IMG/VR virus record: IMGVR_UViG_3300036770_003135
Location: 1-64,000 of that record
Source: a virus
Reading direction: 5' to 3' (one strand)
DNA length: 64,000 nucleotides
Part shown: one piece after another, positions 60,864 through 64,000 of the stretch
Layout of the letters: each line of letters starts with the position of its first letter
Position numbering within the stretch: the stretch's first letter is position 1
The notes under the pieces: generated by a model
What the model saw: only the letters and a program-made list of their open reading frames with translations
Told to the model about the DNA's origin: nothing
Database searches by the model: none
Program-made: the position numbers and the translations under genes

Positions 60864-61601
60864 TTCAACCCCAAAGGTGATTTCATATTTCACCGTTTCT
60901 CCTGATGGGGCTGTTGTTGTTTTTTTTAAATCTAATGATGGTATATTATCCTTTAAAAATTTTCTAATATATTTTGAGTCCCCAATTGGTAAAGTGTCTA
61001 TAAATTTAGATATGTAACTTCTATCGTTATTTTCATTTACCTCCAAGATTTGTTTATTTAATCTCCAAGTTATTCTTGGTGGTACTAAATTAGCTGGATA
61101 ATTATCAGCCATTTTATCAAGTTCTAATTGGTCTGAATAAGTCAAAGGTTTTAATTTAACTACAGCACCAGTCATAGGTAAAGTTACCAAATAAGTACCA
61201 TCATCATTTGGCATAACTTCAACTTTTTTAATATTTAATTCGTCTAAAACTATTGTCTCATCAAAATTTTTACCAGTTTTTGGATCGTTAAGTGTGATTG
61301 TATATTCAGAACCAAATGATGTATTTCTTAAAAATATTAAAATTGCCTCAACATCACTATCAACAAGTTCTTCAGGTTTTATATCTGGTTCATAAATTTT
61401 TGACCTTAATAGTTGTAAAACTATATTATTATTTGCATTAGACGCTGCATTTATTAAAAAATTTTCATCGTTAGCTGTCAAATATCCAACTTTAATTGAT
61501 TTTTTTTTGTTTTTGTAAAAAATACCCTTTGTTGGTAGTTGTACTACATCGTGAGCTAAAGGTAAATTTGTGTGAGCTGATTGTATTAAATCTTTGTCCA
61601 T
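60843..61601 (-). CDS. Tail assembly chaperone / baseplate hub assembly protein (T4 gp26-like)
   Basis: VQLPTKG.FY, LTANDE, D.EAILIFLR..SFG, ends EFFRPFF; start moved to ATG 61601, downstream of the terminator. Confidence 0.75.
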   Translation of the reverse strand: MDKDLIQSAHTNLPLAHDVVQLPTKGIFYKNKKKSIKVGYLTANDENFLINAASNANNNIVLQLLRSKIYEPDIKPEELVDSDVEAILIFLRNTSFGSEYTITLNDPKTGKNFDETIVLDELNIKKVEVMPNDDGTYLVTLPMTGAVVKLKPLTYSDQLELDKMADNYPANLVPPRITWRLNKQILEVNENNDRSYISKFIDTLPIGDSKYIRKFLKDNIPSLDLKKTTTAPSGETVKYEITFGVEFFRPFF

Positions 61602-61643
61602 TTTTTTTATTTTAAAAATAAAGTATAAATAAATATTATAAAT

Positions 61644-61672
61644 AAAAAAACCCACATATATTGTGGGTTTTT
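61644..61672 (-). terminator. Intrinsic terminator after tail tube gene
   Basis: aaaaacccaca/tgtgggttttt stem with T-tracts. Confidence 0.75.
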
Positions 61673-61687
61673 ATGAATTTTATTTTT

Positions 61688-62176
61688 TTAGTAAACTAAA
61701 ATACATCTATCCATTTGAAGAGTTGCTGAAATTGATGCTAGTGTATCAGACGCATAACCTAATGAATCAAAGTTAACACTAGTTAAGAAACAATCTTGAA
61801 TAATCCATTTTTCAACAACAACCCCAGTTGGGTCTAACATTTCTAAATCAACATCCTTTTTATAACCTGCAGCGTAACCCATACGACCTGTAACTGATTC
61901 TGCACTCAAACGAACCCATTCCATTAATGCTTGAGATGCAGAAGGACCGATTGGGTCTCTAAATTTAACATTTATAGGATTCCATTTAAAACGACCAGCA
62001 ACATAAGTCGATGTGTTTAAGAAAGGAATTTCTTGAGATCCAATTGTAATACTTGGTCTAGATGCGGTTTCAACAAACCATTCGTTTATTCCTAAATCAC
62101 TAGGGAATCGCATAATAAACCTATTCTGTCTTTTCGGTTCATAGGGAACCGGCATTTTCATTAATAAATCAGCCAT
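61688..62176 (-). CDS. Tail tube protein (T4 gp19-like)
   Basis: YEPKRQNRF, RPSI, YVAGR..W..I.V.F.D, WV...GY...YKKD..L..LDP.G..VEKW. Confidence 0.85.
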   Translation of the reverse strand: MADLLMKMPVPYEPKRQNRFIMRFPSDLGINEWFVETASRPSITIGSQEIPFLNTSTYVAGRFKWNPINVKFRDPIGPSASQALMEWVRLSAESVTGRMGYAAGYKKDVDLEMLDPTGVVVEKWIIQDCFLTSVNFDSLGYASDTLASISATLQMDRCILVY

Positions 62177-62308
62177 TTTATATCGTTTTAATTTTATTCA
62201 TTTATTTTATAATAAATATTGTGTTATTGAAAATTTTTCTATTTACTTTTACTTGAAAAAAATTATTCATTAATAAATCACATTATATATTAGTTATTAT
62301 ATATAATT

Positions 62309-63223
62309 TTAATTATATATGATTATTTTTTTAATTATATTTCTTAATTTATTTTCGAATTGTATTTCTAAATCATCTTCGAATTCAGGTTTTATTCCTT
62401 TTTCTCCTTTTTTAACTAATTTTTTTTCATCACCATGTGTTGAATATATATCAATACCTGTTGTGTTTGTAATAGCATACGCAATATTTTTTAAATCATC
62501 GTCTGAAAAACCAAAATATGCTTTAAATTTAAAATCATAGATACCATCAGCAGCTAATTTTGAATTCATAGCTTCAACCAATTCATTTCCACTTGTTTGA
62601 AAGAAATTCATAGCCTTAGCTTTGATTTCTTCTGGTTTTGATGAACCAGTCGGATAATAATACCCTACAGTATAAAATAAACAACTATCTAAATAATCAT
62701 CAACCTCTTCTTCCATTGATAAAGGTTCTTGGCCTACTAATTCTTTACGATCAACTAAACTACGAAATAATGATTCTTTTGAAATACCATTTTCGTTGTT
62801 ATCAATTAAATCTCTTAAAGATTCTTTTATTACTTGTGGTTTATGTCCTCTAGCGGTTATTATAGCCAAATAAGAACCTGAATTAATTGCCTCAACTAAA
62901 TCAGGCCAAGATGGTGCTTGTTTAGATTTTTTAACATCTTTATAAAATTCTTCTTTACCTCCTCTAAATTTTCTAAACGGATTTTCACCCATACCTTTAA
63001 CAGTTTTCCCTTTATAAACAAAAGGTTCACCACTAGTTAATTTAGACCTTAAATGAGCGAAATCTTCAGTGCCCATACCAATTTCTTTATTTTTGTCAGT
63101 AGTAACGTAAATCTGTGTTGGCATATACAATAGATTATCGTCCCAATCAAACATATAAAATTTTATTGGAATTTCTTTTACTTTTGATTGTTCTCTTAAA
63201 ATTCTTCGTATTAAATTTCTCAT
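62309..63223 (-). CDS. HAD-superfamily phosphatase-like protein
   Basis: FDWDDNL (DxD), ITARG, K, FSDDD motifs. Confidence 0.7.
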   Translation of the reverse strand: MRNLIRRILREQSKVKEIPIKFYMFDWDDNLLYMPTQIYVTTDKNKEIGMGTEDFAHLRSKLTSGEPFVYKGKTVKGMGENPFRKFRGGKEEFYKDVKKSKQAPSWPDLVEAINSGSYLAIITARGHKPQVIKESLRDLIDNNENGISKESLFRSLVDRKELVGQEPLSMEEEVDDYLDSCLFYTVGYYYPTGSSKPEEIKAKAMNFFQTSGNELVEAMNSKLAADGIYDFKFKAYFGFSDDDLKNIAYAITNTTGIDIYSTHGDEKKLVKKGEKGIKPEFEDDLEIQFENKLRNIIKKIIIYN

Positions 63224-63244
63224 ATTAATAAATATTGTGATTAT

Positions 63245-63276
63245 AAAAAAATGGGGGAGAATTAATTCTCCCCCAT
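63245..63276 (-). terminator. Intrinsic terminator after tail sheath gene
   Basis: atgggggagaat/attctcccccat stem followed by a U-tract on the minus strand. Confidence 0.8.
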
Positions 63277-63292
63277 AAATATCAGATAACTT

Positions 63293-64000
63293 TTAAATGT
63301 TTTCAAACGAAGCACCTGTTGGAGTTATATAGAATGTAATATCTATAAATTCAAGGGCTTTTGTTGGTTTAACATAAATCTTACCAGTAAGTTGATTTCT
63401 ATCCAAATCAGCTGGTTCAGAAGAAACTGTTACACGGAAATCGTATAAACCTCTATCTCTTCTAATTGCATCAAGAATAGGATTAACAGCGTCTAGGAAG
63501 TCCTGTCTAACTTTTTCATCATTTTGTTCAAATAACAATCTTACTGAAACTGCTGAAATTAATTTACGAGCTTGTAGTAACAATCTTCTTACATTAATTC
63601 TATCTAAAGCAGATTCTCTTATTTGCATTGTTTTGTTACCCCAAATTACAGTTCCAATATCAGAGAAAGTTGCAATTGGATTAATTCTACCTTTGTAAAG
63701 TACATCTCTATCCTCTTGTGTTAATTTCTTTCTAGCTTTAACAGCATTAACAATACCTCTTGTATAACCAGCCGCAGCAAACCAAGGGAAAGCAATGTTG
63801 TCTGTAAGGGCAAGATTTTTACAAACCTCAGCTGTTGGTGGTAAGTATATTTGAGTGTTATTAACACTATCTCTCGTTAATACCCAAGGATAATATGTTG
63901 CGGTGTAGTTAGAGTCTAAAACCAAATCTTCTAATCTATCTACAGCTTCTTGTGGTAATACCAAATCTTGTGAATCACCTAATGTTGGTGTAAACATATT
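63293..64000 (-). CDS. Tail sheath protein, C-terminal part (T4 gp18-like)
   Basis: YYPW, PWFAAAGYTRG, RDVLY..RINPI, WGNKT, LDRINVRRLL, LFEQND, KPTKALEFI. Confidence 0.95.
   Translation of the reverse strand, partial: NMFTPTLGDSQDLVLPQEAVDRLEDLVLDSNYTATYYPWVLTRDSVNNTQIYLPPTAEVCKNLALTDNIAFPWFAAAGYTRGIVNAVKARKKLTQEDRDVLYKGRINPIATFSDIGTVIWGNKTMQIRESALDRINVRRLLLQARKLISAVSVRLLFEQNDEKVRQDFLDAVNPILDAIRRDRGLYDFRVTVSSEPADLDRNQLTGKIYVKPTKALEFIDITFYITPTGASFENI

Noticed and set aside
405-62853. Short antisense or alternate-frame ORFs in the track (e.g. 405-608, 737-1024, 1259-1498, 4792-5061, 17140-17358, 34662-34997, 58809-59201)
   Set aside because: They are shadows of well-supported overlapping genes and show no independent motifs.
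1-64000. Stop-codon reassignment as seen in some large phages
   Set aside because: Genes are full length in the standard code, and TAA, TAG and TGA all end credible genes.
1-64000. tRNA/rRNA genes
   Set aside because: Intergenic gaps are short and AT-rich, with no recognisable cloverleaf or T-loop motifs.

Overview
Very AT-rich, densely coding segment of a large myovirus-type (contractile-tail, distantly T4-like) phage genome. The host is probably Bacteroidota: there is a perfect TTTG-N20-TAnnTTTG promoter, A-rich leaders without Shine-Dalgarno sites, and SprB-like domains. Most genes are on the minus strand. They include tail sheath, tube, chaperone, tape measure and baseplate genes; a replication block (SSB, RecA/UvsX, C5 methylase, 5'-3' exonuclease, helicase, NrdAB, primase, RuvC-like resolvase, exonuclease, N6A methylase); and three free-standing homing-type endonucleases. 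A plus-strand block encodes Cys/Thr-rich putative fibre/adhesin proteins. The standout is 1-2210, an integron-like array continuing off the left edge, in which small genes alternate with attC-like AAC...GTT hairpins. Unlike textbook integrons, each gene module has its own ~20-25 bp terminal inverted repeats. The hairpin loops also carry cargo: a host-type promoter in one, and start codons plus N-terminal coding sequence in others that read in frame across the junction. This suggests a combinatorial promoter/N-terminus/gene shuffling system. No recombinase is visible in this window. All product calls come from motif recognition by eye, not database searches.
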